Source: an uncultured bacterium (GTDB lineage: Bacteria; Patescibacteriota; Minisyncoccia; Phycocordibacterales; PALSA-1337). Taken from it: a stretch of 64,000 nucleotides of DNA. How positions within the stretch are numbered: the stretch's first letter is position 1; each line of letters opens with the position of its first letter. The stretch covers positions 14,663-78,662 of the forward strand of contig CAWKMY010000006.1 of the NCBI GenBank assembly GCA_963851055.1, given 5' to 3'. Positions 1 to 10,168 of the stretch are shown piece by piece. The notes under the pieces were generated by a model. It was given only the letters and a program-made list of their open reading frames with translations, searched no databases and was not told the DNA's origin. Position numbers and translations under genes: made by a program.

Positions 1-460
1 TTAATATTCAAAGTTCATTGCAGAGACTACCAGAGATAAGCATAAACGTCAAACCCGCACAGTCTTGTACTAGCTGGGCGGGTATAGAGATCAAATGATC
101 TCTGGAAAAATCGGCTCCGAACCGCACCACCAGCGCGGTCCGGAGCCATGGGATTAGCTCCCATATCTGTAGGTGAACGAGGTTTATACGCCTTTCACGA
201 AGGCGCTCAGAAGGGCGACGCGGCCATTGGGGGGCGCTGTCCAGCTCGCGTCGCTAAGCAAAACCTCTATGCCAACCCTAAACGGACAGCGAAAGTAAAA
301 TCAGTTAGCGACTATTCTAGGGGAAAATATAGCATATGTGGTTTTTGGGCGCAACAAAGTATCCTATGGCGTCGTGATGATAAATCGGTGGCGTCGCCTA
401 CGCAAAGCTACGGCGACATCCTACAAAAACACAGTCGTTCACTGTGTTCACTCCTTGTCT

Positions 461-823
461 TTGTGGAGATGCGCGGAATTGAACCGCGGTGCAATCGAAG
501 TTAGATCGGCTGATTCTACGACGGTAGTATCATTTGAATTTAATGGCTGTGATAGAAAACGAAACAAAATACACAGCCACGATCTCTAAGATTCGGTCAA
601 AGGAGTGAGAAGCTCCCCTGCCCTACTTCCCGATTATTACGCCTGACTCTAGAGTATGGATCCCCCTAGAGAGACGCGCCCTTATACAAGAGCGAATGCG
701 AAATCGCGTTCCGTAAAATACGGAGAAACGGTTTTAGCAATTAGGATTTCCGGCGGATTTACGAGTCACTGGAGCTCGCGCCGCACGGCCGAAAACTGAC
801 GATTGTCGATGCCTGTCATCCCC
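461..823 (-). ncRNA. ssrA: tmRNA (ssrA)
   Basis: Minus-strand 5' end GGGGATGACAGGCATCGAC pairs with 3' end GGTTCAATTCCGCGCATCTCCA (G3-U70 alanyl acceptor stem, T-loop). Internal tag frame 738-682 reads AKTVSPYFTERDFAFALV*. Lies directly downstream of smpB. Confidence 0.95.
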
Positions 824-929
824 AAGTTGGGAGTAAACCGTAATTAGTAAACGGTAAACAGAGACTGTTCTTTCTGTTTACGGTTTACTGATTACTGATT
901 ACTGCATTTCTCAACGATCCTTCATTGCC

Positions 930-1352
930 CTACTCCATCTCACGGTCGGATTCGCGGCGCATTATAGACGCTCTTTTATCATGTTTCTTCTTGCCGCGGA
1001 CTATAGCCACCTGAACCTTGATGAGATTGCGCTTAGTATATATCGAAATAGGCACTATTGTCAAGCCCTTGGCCGCATTGGCGAAGCCGGCTATCTCCTT
1101 CTTTGAGAGAATCAGGCGTCGCTGGCGGCGTGGTTCATAATCTTTCGGCGTATTTTTCTCCTGATACGGCGATATGAGCATGCCTTGCAGAAATGCCTCG
1201 CCTCCTTTGATCAAAACGTATGACCCTTCGAGCGATCCATGCTTCAACTTGAGCGATTTCACTTCCAAACCGAGCAGCTCTATACCAGCCTCGAATGATT
1301 CGAGGATCTCATAGTCGAAACGGGCTTTGGCGTAGTCGATAAGGTTGGCCAT
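930..1352 (-). CDS. smpB: SsrA-binding protein SmpB (C-terminus probably truncated by a 1-nt indel; true stop likely at 911)
   Basis: Motifs KARFDYEILESFEAGIELLGLEVKS, YEPRRQRRL, GKKKHDKR. Removing one base near 932 restores the ending ...EMERAMKDR*. Confidence 0.95.
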   Translation of the reverse strand: MANLIDYAKARFDYEILESFEAGIELLGLEVKSLKLKHGSLEGSYVLIKGGEAFLQGMLISPYQEKNTPKDYEPRRQRRLILSKKEIAGFANAAKGLTIVPISIYTKRNLIKVQVAIVRGKKKHDKRASIMRRESDREME

Positions 1353-1416
1353 GGCTTCATTATCGTAGCATAATTAAAACAGAGGAGTATAATTAACCTG
1401 AAAGGAAATTAGAACC

Positions 1417-1695
1417 ATGAAAAATCAATTGTTCGCAATGAAGATCAGACTCGGAAAACCAGCTGATCCAAAAAATCTATCGCTATGGAAAATTGGCCTC
1501 GTATTATTCATTGGAGGCCTTGTGATGCTAACTGCTTCGGCAATTGCCGGCAGTTTTTACTGGCCATACACTCCACCAGGATATGTTTCTGGCCTTTTGC
1601 TCTCTGGCATGGTCGCTGTTTTTCAGGCATTTCTGTTTCAATTTGTGAGCAACACTGTTTACCGTAAATCGGATGAACCTAGCCAAACCAGTTAA
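1417..1695 (+). CDS. Small two-TM hypothetical membrane protein
   Basis: ORF with two hydrophobic stretches; AAAGGA SD and TATAAT upstream. Confidence 0.6.
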   Translation: MKNQLFAMKIRLGKPADPKNLSLWKIGLVLFIGGLVMLTASAIAGSFYWPYTPPGYVSGLLLSGMVAVFQAFLFQFVSNTVYRKSDEPSQTS

Positions 1696-1823
1696 TCGGG
1701 ACTGAATAATAATCGCGCCGCAAGACTTCACTGTCCTGTGGCTTTTTTATATCTTTTGACATTTAACAGTATTCGATTAAGCTAGAGACAAACAGCAAAG
1801 AACAATCAAAACTAAAGGACACT

Positions 1824-2750
1824 ATGAAAGCTTTAATCGTCGGACAAGGCAATGTTGGGAAGGCCTTCGCTCAATCGTCTTCATCGATAGGATGGAAATG
1901 CACATTTTTCCCGGGAAGGATCGCTGATGAAACATTTATCGGTTACGCAAAAGATGCCGACGTCGTTATTATCGCCATATCCACAAAAGATAAAGGCGAG
2001 ATCGAGCTCGGTTTCATCCTTTGCTCGATCGAACTCGGCAAACCAGTTGTCACTGCGGCAAAAGGCGCCGCCGCTTATCACTGGCATATGATCGAACCGC
2101 ATCAAGACAAGGTCGGATTATCTGCAACTGTAGGGGGCGCGAGCGGCATGCGGTCTTTATTTTATTTCATCCACCACCCGATAGATCCGGTCAAGGAAAT
2201 ATTCGGCATCGTGAATGGGACAATAAACCACCATGCGTGGGCAGTCCAAAGCGGCATGACCCATGAAGAAGCGCTTATCGAAGAACAAAAGCTTGGTCTT
2301 TGTGAGCCTGGGAAATTCGGTCTTGCTTCAATCATCAGAGCCGAATTTGATGACGCCAGAAATAAGGCCTCTATCCTGGCCAATTGGTCAGGCTTAGGAG
2401 AGATCGTTACGCCTGATGACTTTAGTTACTCGGTGCTTTCCGAAGCAGAAATAAAAAAGCTGCTAAGCAAATCCGGTAATCGCTTTGTAATCACGATAAG
2501 CAGGCGGCAAAAATACCGCTTCGATATGGAAGGGTTTGCCCTTTACTTGAAGCCATGGCTGATCCAGGGATCTTTCATGGAAAATGCTGCTCGCAAGTTC
2601 CGTGGAGTCTCGACAGACCGTCAGTATAACGCCCTAATGATCAGGACAAAGATAGCTGGTCGGGTAGCGATAGGTGGCATGGGTGCAGGACCAATTCCCA
2701 CAGCCGCAGCTATGCTTGGGGATGCGCGACATTTACTTGGAATCGTTTGA
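1824..2750 (+). CDS. Homoserine dehydrogenase-like NAD(P)-binding protein
   Basis: GQGNVG Rossmann motif, GKPVVTAAKG, ATVGG, GIVNGT, C-terminal GMGAGPIPTAAAMLGD. Confidence 0.8.
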   Translation: MKALIVGQGNVGKAFAQSSSSIGWKCTFFPGRIADETFIGYAKDADVVIIAISTKDKGEIELGFILCSIELGKPVVTAAKGAAAYHWHMIEPHQDKVGLSATVGGASGMRSLFYFIHHPIDPVKEIFGIVNGTINHHAWAVQSGMTHEEALIEEQKLGLCEPGKFGLASIIRAEFDDARNKASILANWSGLGEIVTPDDFSYSVLSEAEIKKLLSKSGNRFVITISRRQKYRFDMEGFALYLKPWLIQGSFMENAARKFRGVSTDRQYNALMIRTKIAGRVAIGGMGAGPIPTAAAMLGDARHLLGIV

Positions 2751-2820
2751 AGCCATGACAGCAAATAATACCGCGAAGCCATGAGCTCCGCGGCTTTTTT
2801 ATTCTGCTATACTTCTCTTC

Positions 2821-3906
2821 ATGTCCCTCTCCCCCGTATCTTGGACCCTATACACCTCGAATGAAGAAGCCTGGGACTCTATGTTCGCCGATTGTGCCGC
2901 AGCCAAGGAATCGATCGTTCTGGAACAATACATATTCGTCAATGACGAGTTCGGCAAGAAGCTCATAGACGTCTGCGTCGAGCGAGCTTCGAAAGGGGTC
3001 AGGGTCAGATTTCTCTGGGATGCCGAGGGATCATTTACTCTTTGGGGCTCGAATATGGCCGAGGATCTAAAGAAGAAAGGCATCGATCTCGTATTCTGGA
3101 AAACTCTAGTTCCGGACTATTCAAAAGTGCCGAATTGGAGGTCATGGTTCTTGCGCAATCACCGCAGAACATTGGTTATAGATGAAAAAATAGGTTACAC
3201 GGGAAGCATGTGCATATATGAGAAGATGAAGAATTGGCGAGACACCAATGTGCGACTGGAAGGCGGCGTCGTCCGCGAGATGGAAAATGCATTCGACCGC
3301 ATGTGGGCCAGAGCGACGAAGACTCACAACACTATGCCCAAGCGCCTCAAAGTCCGAGACCGAGAATTCCGCTATATCACTAACTATCCAACTCCTGGCC
3401 GACGCCATATATATGCCGAGATGGTCGAGGCCATCCGTTCTGCTAGACATTACATTTACATAACTACTCCATATTTTGTTCCCACGCATAGGCTCATAAG
3501 AGTCATCCGCTTGGCGGCGCGGCGAGGCGTTGACGTCAAAATCATCGTCCCAGAGGCTTCTAACTGGCTGGCGGCCGATCTCGGAGCACGATCTTATTTC
3601 AATACATTACTAGAATCCGGTGTGCGTATCTTTCTTTACTCCGGCAACATGATCCATGCAAAAACGGCCGTCATAGATGGTGATTGGGCCACAGTTGGAA
3701 CCATGAACTTGGACCGCATAAGTCTGCTCTATAACTACGAGGCGAATATCGTCAGCTCAAATACGAAATTTGCCGAAGAAATGGCAGCCCTATTCGTCAG
3801 AGATATGGCTGAATCGAAAGAGGTTGATACCGAGAAATGGCATAATAGATTCTTCGTTGAAAGGATACCGGAAATCCTTATACGATTTGTCAGAAAGTTC
3901 CTATAA
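2821..3906 (+). CDS. Cardiolipin synthase-like phospholipase D family protein
   Basis: Two PLD-type motifs (NHRRTLVID, IHAKTAVID), TPYFVP, GTMNLD. Confidence 0.9.
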   Translation: MSLSPVSWTLYTSNEEAWDSMFADCAAAKESIVLEQYIFVNDEFGKKLIDVCVERASKGVRVRFLWDAEGSFTLWGSNMAEDLKKKGIDLVFWKTLVPDYSKVPNWRSWFLRNHRRTLVIDEKIGYTGSMCIYEKMKNWRDTNVRLEGGVVREMENAFDRMWARATKTHNTMPKRLKVRDREFRYITNYPTPGRRHIYAEMVEAIRSARHYIYITTPYFVPTHRLIRVIRLAARRGVDVKIIVPEASNWLAADLGARSYFNTLLESGVRIFLYSGNMIHAKTAVIDGDWATVGTMNLDRISLLYNYEANIVSSNTKFAEEMAALFVRDMAESKEVDTEKWHNRFFVERIPEILIRFVRKFL

Positions 3907-3979
3907 ACCTAGTAAAATGGCCAAATACCTCGGTGTTGCTTAAAATGCCGCCGCATGCTATAAATACAGCCTGTAATCA

Positions 3980-4486
3980 TTGATGAAAGCACGTATCAAC
4001 CACCAGATAAAGGCCGCCGAACTGCGTGTAATAACCGCAGAAGGCGAGAATCTAGGCACTTTGCCTACAGATAAGGCCCTCGCGGAAGCCCGGAATCGGG
4101 GACTCGACCTTATCGAGATATCTCCGAATGCCGTGCCGCCGGTGGCCAAGATCATGGATTACGGCAAGTATCAGTACGATGAAAAGAAGAAGTCCAAAGT
4201 AGCCAAGACCAAGTCAAAGCAGAGCGAGCTCAAGACTGTTCAGGTGAAGATAGGCACAGGCGAGCATGACCTAGAGCTCAAAGCCAAGCGCGTATCTGAA
4301 TGGCTGTCCGGCGGCGACAGGGTCAAGATCGACCTTTACCTTGTAGGTCGCTCCAAATATATGGATTTCAATTTCCTGAAAGAACGCCTAGAGCGCATAT
4401 ACAAGCTCATAACCGTTGAATTCAAGGTCGCCCAAGAAGCGGTCAAAGGTCCAAAAGGTTTGACGGTCTATGTCGAAAAGAAATGA
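3980..4486 (+). CDS. infC: Translation initiation factor IF-3
   Basis: RINHQI, LDLIEISPNAVPPVAKIMDYGKYQY; first gene of infC-rpmI-rplT. Confidence 0.97.
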   Translation: MMKARINHQIKAAELRVITAEGENLGTLPTDKALAEARNRGLDLIEISPNAVPPVAKIMDYGKYQYDEKKKSKVAKTKSKQSELKTVQVKIGTGEHDLELKAKRVSEWLSGGDRVKIDLYLVGRSKYMDFNFLKERLERIYKLITVEFKVAQEAVKGPKGLTVYVEKK

Positions 4487-4542
4487 TCAATTATCAATAA
4501 CACAATGATCATTGGAAATTGCATCATTGAGCATTAACTAAC

Positions 4543-4731
4543 ATGTCAGTAAAAACCACAAAATCATATACAAAGCGCCTAAAGATAACCAAGAATGGCA
4601 AGCTTATCGCCAGGAAGCCTGGTCAGAACCATTTCAATGCAAAGGAGCGCAGCCGCACTAGCTCAAACAAGCACCGCAGCCAAGTCATAGTCATGAGCAA
4701 CAAGGATCGCGGACGTTTCCTGCCGAATTAG
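4543..4731 (+). CDS. rpmI: 50S ribosomal protein L35
   Basis: KTTKSYTKRLKITKNGK; synteny. Confidence 0.9.
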   Translation: MSVKTTKSYTKRLKITKNGKLIARKPGQNHFNAKERSRTSSNKHRSQVIVMSNKDRGRFLPN

Positions 4732-4786
4732 CATTCGTATTATTCGTATCATTTGTATTATTCGCAAATTCGTATATTAAACTACC

Positions 4787-5131
4787 ATGACCAGAGTAAA
4801 GAAAGCCGTTAATGCCCTGAAGAACCGCCGAAATGTCCTTCGCCAGACCAAAGGTTTCCGTTTCCGCCGTTCCAACACTGAGCGCGCCGCCAACGAAGCT
4901 TTGGCCCATGCCGGTGCATATTCATTCGCCCATCGTCGCGACAAGAAAGGTGACATGCGCCGCCTATGGAATGTAAAGATAAACGCCGCTCTCCGCCCTC
5001 TCGGCTTCACCTACTCAAAGTGGATAGGGGCCGCCAAGAAGAAAGGCATCGCCCTCGACCGCAAGGCTTTAGCTCATCTCGCTGAATTCAAGCCTGAAAT
5101 CTTCAAGAGGGTTGCGGAATCGGTTAAATAG
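4787..5131 (+). CDS. rplT: 50S ribosomal protein L20
   Basis: MTRVK..., RRDKKGDMRRLWNVKINAA, LDRKALAHLA. Confidence 0.97.
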   Translation: MTRVKKAVNALKNRRNVLRQTKGFRFRRSNTERAANEALAHAGAYSFAHRRDKKGDMRRLWNVKINAALRPLGFTYSKWIGAAKKKGIALDRKALAHLAEFKPEIFKRVAESVK

Positions 5132-6569
5132 AGTACTCCTTCAACCTCTCCGGCACTATCGCCTTTAGTCCCAACTCATCATTTATCCTCTGCGCCAAAT
5201 GCATAGATGCGCCAGGCTCGCCCATGACGACGAATACCTGCTTCAAACGTATTTCTTTTGCACTATTATCTGGATCTCCTGCTGTCGCCACAAATTCAAC
5301 TAGGTGATCGCCGTCCTTATGAGCAGAATAGCCGTAGAGCGTCTCAATCTTTGCATTCACCTTTACTTGTTCGCCATGAATCTTGACCTTCTTTGCTCCA
5401 TCGGCCAATTCCCTGCCGAGTGAACCTGCCGCTTGATATCCGACGAGTAATATAGTGCTCTTGGGATCAGGAAGGAAATATGCTTCATGGCTGATGATGC
5501 GTCCGCCGACTGACATTCCTGAGCCTGCCAATATGATCTTGGCGCCTTTGAAATGTTCTATGCTACGCGACTCGCCTTGGCTTTCAACGAATGTGAGATG
5601 CGGAAATGAGAATATATCATCACCTGAAGCTATCTGCTTTTTTGCTTCATCGTTGAAAAGAGCTTCGCTCTGCTTATATATTTCTGTTACTTTCTGTGCC
5701 AATGGTGAATCGAAATATACCGGAACGGACGGTATGCGCTTTTCTTTCACCAGATTGTTGAGCTCATAGAGAAGTACCTGACTCCTATCTACAGAAAAAG
5801 CCGGAATGACGAGAGTGCCACCGCGGGCCAAGGTATCATTGATGACTTTCTCGAATTGAGGCAATCTTGTCTCACGTGGTTCGTGGTTTCGATCGCCATA
5901 GACGCTTTCCATGACTAGATAATCGACATCGCCTACTGGTTCAGTATCCCTTAGAATCGGCGCCGGCGAATTTCCCAAGTCTCCAGTAAAAAGAATTTTT
6001 GGTTATTGAACTTGATCACCGGATTTTTTTACACTCACCTCAATCATGGATGATCCTAAAATATGCCCAGCATCTTTCAAGAAAATTGATACGCAATCAC
6101 TTATCTTGAAATTCTCGTGATATGGAATAGTCTTCCACAATGGAAAAACCCGAGTAACATCATCGGCACTGTAAATAGGTTCACGACCATCTTCTTTTGC
6201 TTCGCTGGCCAAAATGTTGACAGCATCATTCAAGACCAATTCCGCCAATGCGCGCGTCTCTGACGTTGAATAAATAACTCCTTTGAATCCATCTTTGACC
6301 AATTTAGGAATGCGTCCAACGTGATCGAGGTGAGCATGTGTGACGATGAGTGCTGTTATAGAGCCAGTATCATAAGGAAACGCCTCACTATTTTGCTCAT
6401 TTGCCACGCGCTCACCTTGGACCATACCGCAATCTACGAGGATCTTCGTGCCGGTATTATCTTTGGCTCCATTGGAATCGACACTACCCGCCGTTTCCAA
6501 CAGGAAGTTGGCACCAGTGACTGTGCCGACGCCAGTACAGAAAGTCAGTTTGTTTTTTTGAGGCATATT
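5124..6569 (-). CDS. MBL/beta-CASP RNA-processing nuclease, interrupted by an in-frame TAA at 6003-6005
   Basis: THAHLDHVGR, AGHILGS, then in the same frame FTGDLG, MESVYGDR, GSGMSVGGRI, YSAHKD. Confidence 0.85.
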
Positions 6570-6816
6570 GATGCTCATTATATGTGAGAAAGCGCCAATA
6601 ACCAAGGAAAATACTTTGGATATTTACTGGATTGAAAAACACCTGAACAGTCAGGCGTCCTTCAAGGATTGCGGGAGTATATAACCTGAATAAATCAGGT
6701 GGGATGTCTATCGCTGACATGCCGAAGCATAAGCGAATGTTTCTTCAAGAGATGATCGACTTCCCGTTTGAAATTGTTATAGGGTTTAACTCCCACAACC
6801 TGACCCAATTGTAGAC

Positions 6817-7434
6817 CTACCCCAATATGCCGTCAAGGTCCAAACCATACAGCATCTGCTCTACGAGTAGATTGTAATCGAAAACTTCCTCTTTTTTGAA
6901 CCAATGAGCAATCTCATCATTGGCCTCTTTGACTGATCCTGATGCGTGGACGATATTGCGCACCGCGCGACTATCATTATCGCTCATCATGTAAGAATCC
7001 AAGGCATAATCACCCCTTATCGTTCCCATATCTGCAGCAGCAAGAGGCTCCGTGCCGCCCGTAACTTTGCGCACTATTTCCACGGCATGAGCGCCTTGCC
7101 AAACCATAACCACGATCGGACCTTTGGTCATATAGTTGATGAGGTTCTTCAATATGAGGCCTGTTATATACACAGGATCCATCGATGGTGGCGTCTGACC
7201 TTTGCTGGTATAGCCTTTTATAGTCTTCAAACCAGTCTTCACGCGCCATTCAGGGTCAATAGTGTAATGCTTTTCGATAAGATCAGCCGTTGGTACCATC
7301 ATCTTCACGCCTACCAATTTCAATCCCACTCTCTCATACCTCTTTATGACTTCGCCGATCAGGCCGCGTTGGATACCGTCCGGCTTGATGATGACTAGAG
7401 TGCGTTCGAATTTGGGATGCTTCACGTTGGACAT
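6817..7434 (-). CDS. ndk: Nucleoside diphosphate kinase
   Basis: ERTLVIIKPDG, GTIRGDY, RNIVHASGS. Confidence 0.95.
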   Translation of the reverse strand: MSNVKHPKFERTLVIIKPDGIQRGLIGEVIKRYERVGLKLVGVKMMVPTADLIEKHYTIDPEWRVKTGLKTIKGYTSKGQTPPSMDPVYITGLILKNLINYMTKGPIVVMVWQGAHAVEIVRKVTGGTEPLAAADMGTIRGDYALDSYMMSDNDSRAVRNIVHASGSVKEANDEIAHWFKKEEVFDYNLLVEQMLYGLDLDGILG

Positions 7435-7763
7435 TGAGATGTATATGATTTGTAAGTAAAACCATCATAACGCAAAAATCCCCACAAAGCCACGGGCCAA
7501 TACTGGATAGACAAGCCAGGAAATCGTGTTTAGAGGAGAGAGATTTTTATAATCTCTCACACTTTTCCCTGATCTGATTCCGTATTGACCTATAGCTTTA
7601 TGGGGACTTTATAAAACCAAATGCACACAAGCTCTATGAACACACAATTCTTTGAAATTATGTGCTCAATGGAGTGGTGAACGCCGTATCGTTCACCTGT
7701 TAACCATAACCATTACACAGAATTGCGGTCTGTTGCGCGATTCCCTATCGCGCAATGAAAGAA

Positions 7764-8678
7764 CTATTTGAGATGGCGGGAGACCACCTCTATAACCTGT
7801 TCGACTTCGAGCTTCGAGCTGACGCCCTGAGGACTTCCGAAGATGTCCCCACGACCGCCCCAACCAGCTTCTAGGGCTTGAAGTTCCTTCAGCGCAGCCG
7901 GCAGATCGCATGGAACGTGCGAATCATACCGACAAACCGTGAACTTTCTATAGACGCCTTTTGAGGCGTCTTTCGGATCAACGACCATTGCCGGGTTCAC
8001 TGCCACCACCACGAGGGCATTTTCATACCCCAGTCCCGTGGCGAACCGATGCGTGGAAACCACGCAGGCGATCCGGCCATTGGCGTTGAGCGTGAGCTCC
8101 GACGCCTTCCGGGCGGCTTCCAACTCGGCGTCATGCGCCGCGTTCAAAGCGGCGATTTCCGCCGTCTTGTCAGCACTCGCCAACAAGTCGGAGACCCACT
8201 GCACCCGATCAGCCAGCGACAACTTAAAGTCGCAGGCCTTGCGAGCAATGGCCGTAACTACGGCCGACGGCTTCCCAGCCGAAGGTCCGAAACGGTCGAA
8301 ACGGCCGACCTCGTGGACAAGGTTTTCGTCCACAAGTCTACCGATCTGGCGATTTGCCAAAACCGCCATAGCCGTGATGCTATCCGCATCCGGCCGAATC
8401 GTCACCAACGCCTCAAGCGCAAGCGATTCCTGGCCACGTGGCCCAAACTTGGGCTCTGGACCCCAATAGGCCACCGAGGCATCAATGGCCTTCTCGGCCG
8501 CACTCGGCGTTTCCGCCGTATCATCTGGACCATGATGGTCCAGATTGCCCCAGCGGCATTTTGCCGCCAAGCTGGGCACCGTGACCTCGATACCGAGGAC
8601 ATGCCCAGTATGTTTGGCGAATATTTTTTCATTCGCCTCCGCACCCTGCGGACGTGGATCTAACTGATAGAACTTCAT
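7764..8678 (-). CDS. DHH-like phosphoesterase family hypothetical protein
   Basis: LDHH, RPDAD and C-terminal GWGGR..FGSP motifs; AAAGGA SD before ATG at 8678. Confidence 0.55.
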   Translation of the reverse strand: MKFYQLDPRPQGAEANEKIFAKHTGHVLGIEVTVPSLAAKCRWGNLDHHGPDDTAETPSAAEKAIDASVAYWGPEPKFGPRGQESLALEALVTIRPDADSITAMAVLANRQIGRLVDENLVHEVGRFDRFGPSAGKPSAVVTAIARKACDFKLSLADRVQWVSDLLASADKTAEIAALNAAHDAELEAARKASELTLNANGRIACVVSTHRFATGLGYENALVVVAVNPAMVVDPKDASKGVYRKFTVCRYDSHVPCDLPAALKELQALEAGWGGRGDIFGSPQGVSSKLEVEQVIEVVSRHLK

Positions 8679-9080
8679 AATAAGTTCCTTTCTTGATAGT
8701 TTAATAGGCACCATCAAGCCTCCTGTTTGACCTCAAGATATCGATTAAGAAATCATTTTGCCTTTCGGCGAATCGATATCGCGAGTTCTCTGTATTCAGC
8801 CAACAGATTGGCTGACTTCACTCGTAAGAGCAAAGATTTCTGTTTTCGTCCTTTTGGACTCATCAGTCCCGACACGCATCGGGAGAACAGAGGAGAATGT
8901 TTTAACCAAAACATCCCCCACATAACCTTGCGACTATTCTTTCTCGGGAAGTCGTCTTTCCCATGGCACTGCATGCCAACTCACCATTTACGGACGGTGA
9001 CAACTTTCCAACTGTTAAAGAACGGTCGGACTTTTACGCACTTCTATTACGAAGGTTGTGCGATCCTTCGTCCTTTCGGA

Positions 9081-9446
9081 TCACCGGTCGTCCCACACGT
9101 CTAGGAAATGTAGGTCAGAGATCTCCTCAAAGCGAACACCGAGCAGTTCGGCAATCGCTTTGAGCTTTTTCTCGCCTTCATCCCCAGCAAGTATGCCAAT
9201 TGGCCGCAGGATGACAACACCAGTGTCTTCCAGCGACTCACCGACAACTTGGCAATCGAAGCCAACTGGGCCATCGCACAATTTCACGATGGACCCCATG
9301 ACTTCCTCTGCCACGCCTCGGATCTTACCGGCCTTGAGAATTTCCATAAAGGAACCCCTTCCACCCACTTTTTTCACTAAAGCGGCAAATCGATGACTAG
9401 TCGACTTCGTCAAACAGCTTATTTTTATGTTAGGCATAAGTGCCAC
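9081..9446 (-). CDS. Hypothetical protein
   Basis: ORF with GGAGG SD, coupled to the upstream small ORF. Confidence 0.55.
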   Translation of the reverse strand: MALMPNIKISCLTKSTSHRFAALVKKVGGRGSFMEILKAGKIRGVAEEVMGSIVKLCDGPVGFDCQVVGESLEDTGVVILRPIGILAGDEGEKKLKAIAELLGVRFEEISDLHFLDVWDDR

Positions 9447-9458
9447 TACACAACCTCC

Positions 9459-9596
9459 TCAGTTACCAATTATCCAACTGAGGAGAAGAGCCACCGTCGC
9501 GAAGATGACTGGCGCGGCAGCCATACCAATGTATGGCGCCTTGTCATCCAGCATCACCCTCAGCCCATCTAATTTTCCCCAAGGTGCATTTCTCAT
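9459..9596 (-). CDS. 45-aa single-TM small protein (not in ORF track): MRNAPWGKLDGLRVMLDDKAPYIGMAAAPVIFATVALLLSWIIGN
   Basis: AAGGAG SD upstream of ATG; stop overlaps the GGAGG SD of the next gene. Confidence 0.55.
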   Translation of the reverse strand: MRNAPWGKLDGLRVMLDDKAPYIGMAAAPVIFATVALLLSWIIGN

Positions 9597-9609
9597 ACTA
9601 TTTCTCCTT

Positions 9610-9647
9610 CCAGCATTTAATTGGTTTCGGCATGCTGGAGCCGTTTT
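9610..9647 (-). repeat. 38-bp direct repeat, copy 1 (hairpin just upstream of an SD)
   Basis: ccagcatttaattggtttcggcatgctggagccgtttt is identical to 10131-10168. Confidence 0.9.
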
Positions 9648-9767
9648 TGTTAACTATCTAAAGAACAATCTACAAACCCACAATCGTTTCTTAAAAATAA
9701 AACGATAATGAGCTTGATAAATTGCCGATCATTAACCATGGAGATCGGCGGTCCATGAGAGTTTTTG

Positions 9768-10118
9768 TTAAGACTCACAACTTTTTTCAAACTCTGACAC
9801 TGCCACTACTCCGATTGGCCCGGCAACCAGTGCCCCAACTGCAACAATCCCATCGCCAGTCAAGTTCAATGACGGCCAAACCATCATCGCCTTGACCCAA
9901 GCTACTGGACCGTGCCTTAAGTGGCCAATCGTAGACACTGCGCTTACGGCCCATAATGCCGTACCCATCGCTGTCACCAGCGCCCACACCATAGCCGCAA
10001 GAAACAGCGGCAATGATGTGGAGTCGTTGTCTGTAATGGTCAAATACCATAGCAGAAACGGCAGGATGGCCGGGCCAGCGATTACCGACACCATGTAGAA
10101 CTTTTTCAATAATTTCAC
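9768..10118 (-). CDS. Hypothetical multi-TM membrane protein
   Basis: Hydrophobic ORF; probable GTG start after AAAGGA. Confidence 0.55.
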   Translation of the reverse strand: MKLLKKFYMVSVIAGPAILPFLLWYLTITDNDSTSLPLFLAAMVWALVTAMGTALWAVSAVSTIGHLRHGPVAWVKAMMVWPSLNLTGDGIVAVGALVAGPIGVVAVSEFEKSCES

Positions 10119-10130
10119 ATTATCCTTTTC

Positions 10131-10168
10131 CCAGCATTTAATTGGTTTCGGCATGCTGGAGCCGTTTT
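10131..10168 (-). repeat. 38-bp direct repeat, copy 2
   Basis: Identical to 9610-9647. Confidence 0.9.

Noticed and set aside
388-417. Hairpin GTCGCC-TACGCAAAGCTAC-GGCGAC
   Set aside because: Looks like a common REP-like palindrome; single copy here, no further evidence of function.
461-495. tRNA gene
   Set aside because: This T-arm/acceptor half is the 3' end of tmRNA; there is no anticodon arm.
3157-3183. HxR instead of HxK in the first PLD motif of the cardiolipin synthase
   Set aside because: One-base, conservative difference in a noisy sequence; not interpretable without homologues.
5976-6005. In-frame TAA in the beta-CASP nuclease as stop-codon reassignment
   Set aside because: TAA, TAG and TGA all terminate conserved genes normally here. 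A single case in an error-prone sequence is more likely a base error or recent mutation.
6606-6816. Two small CCTGA/TCAGG hairpins and a short ORF between the MBL gene and ndk
   Set aside because: Too short and unsupported to call.
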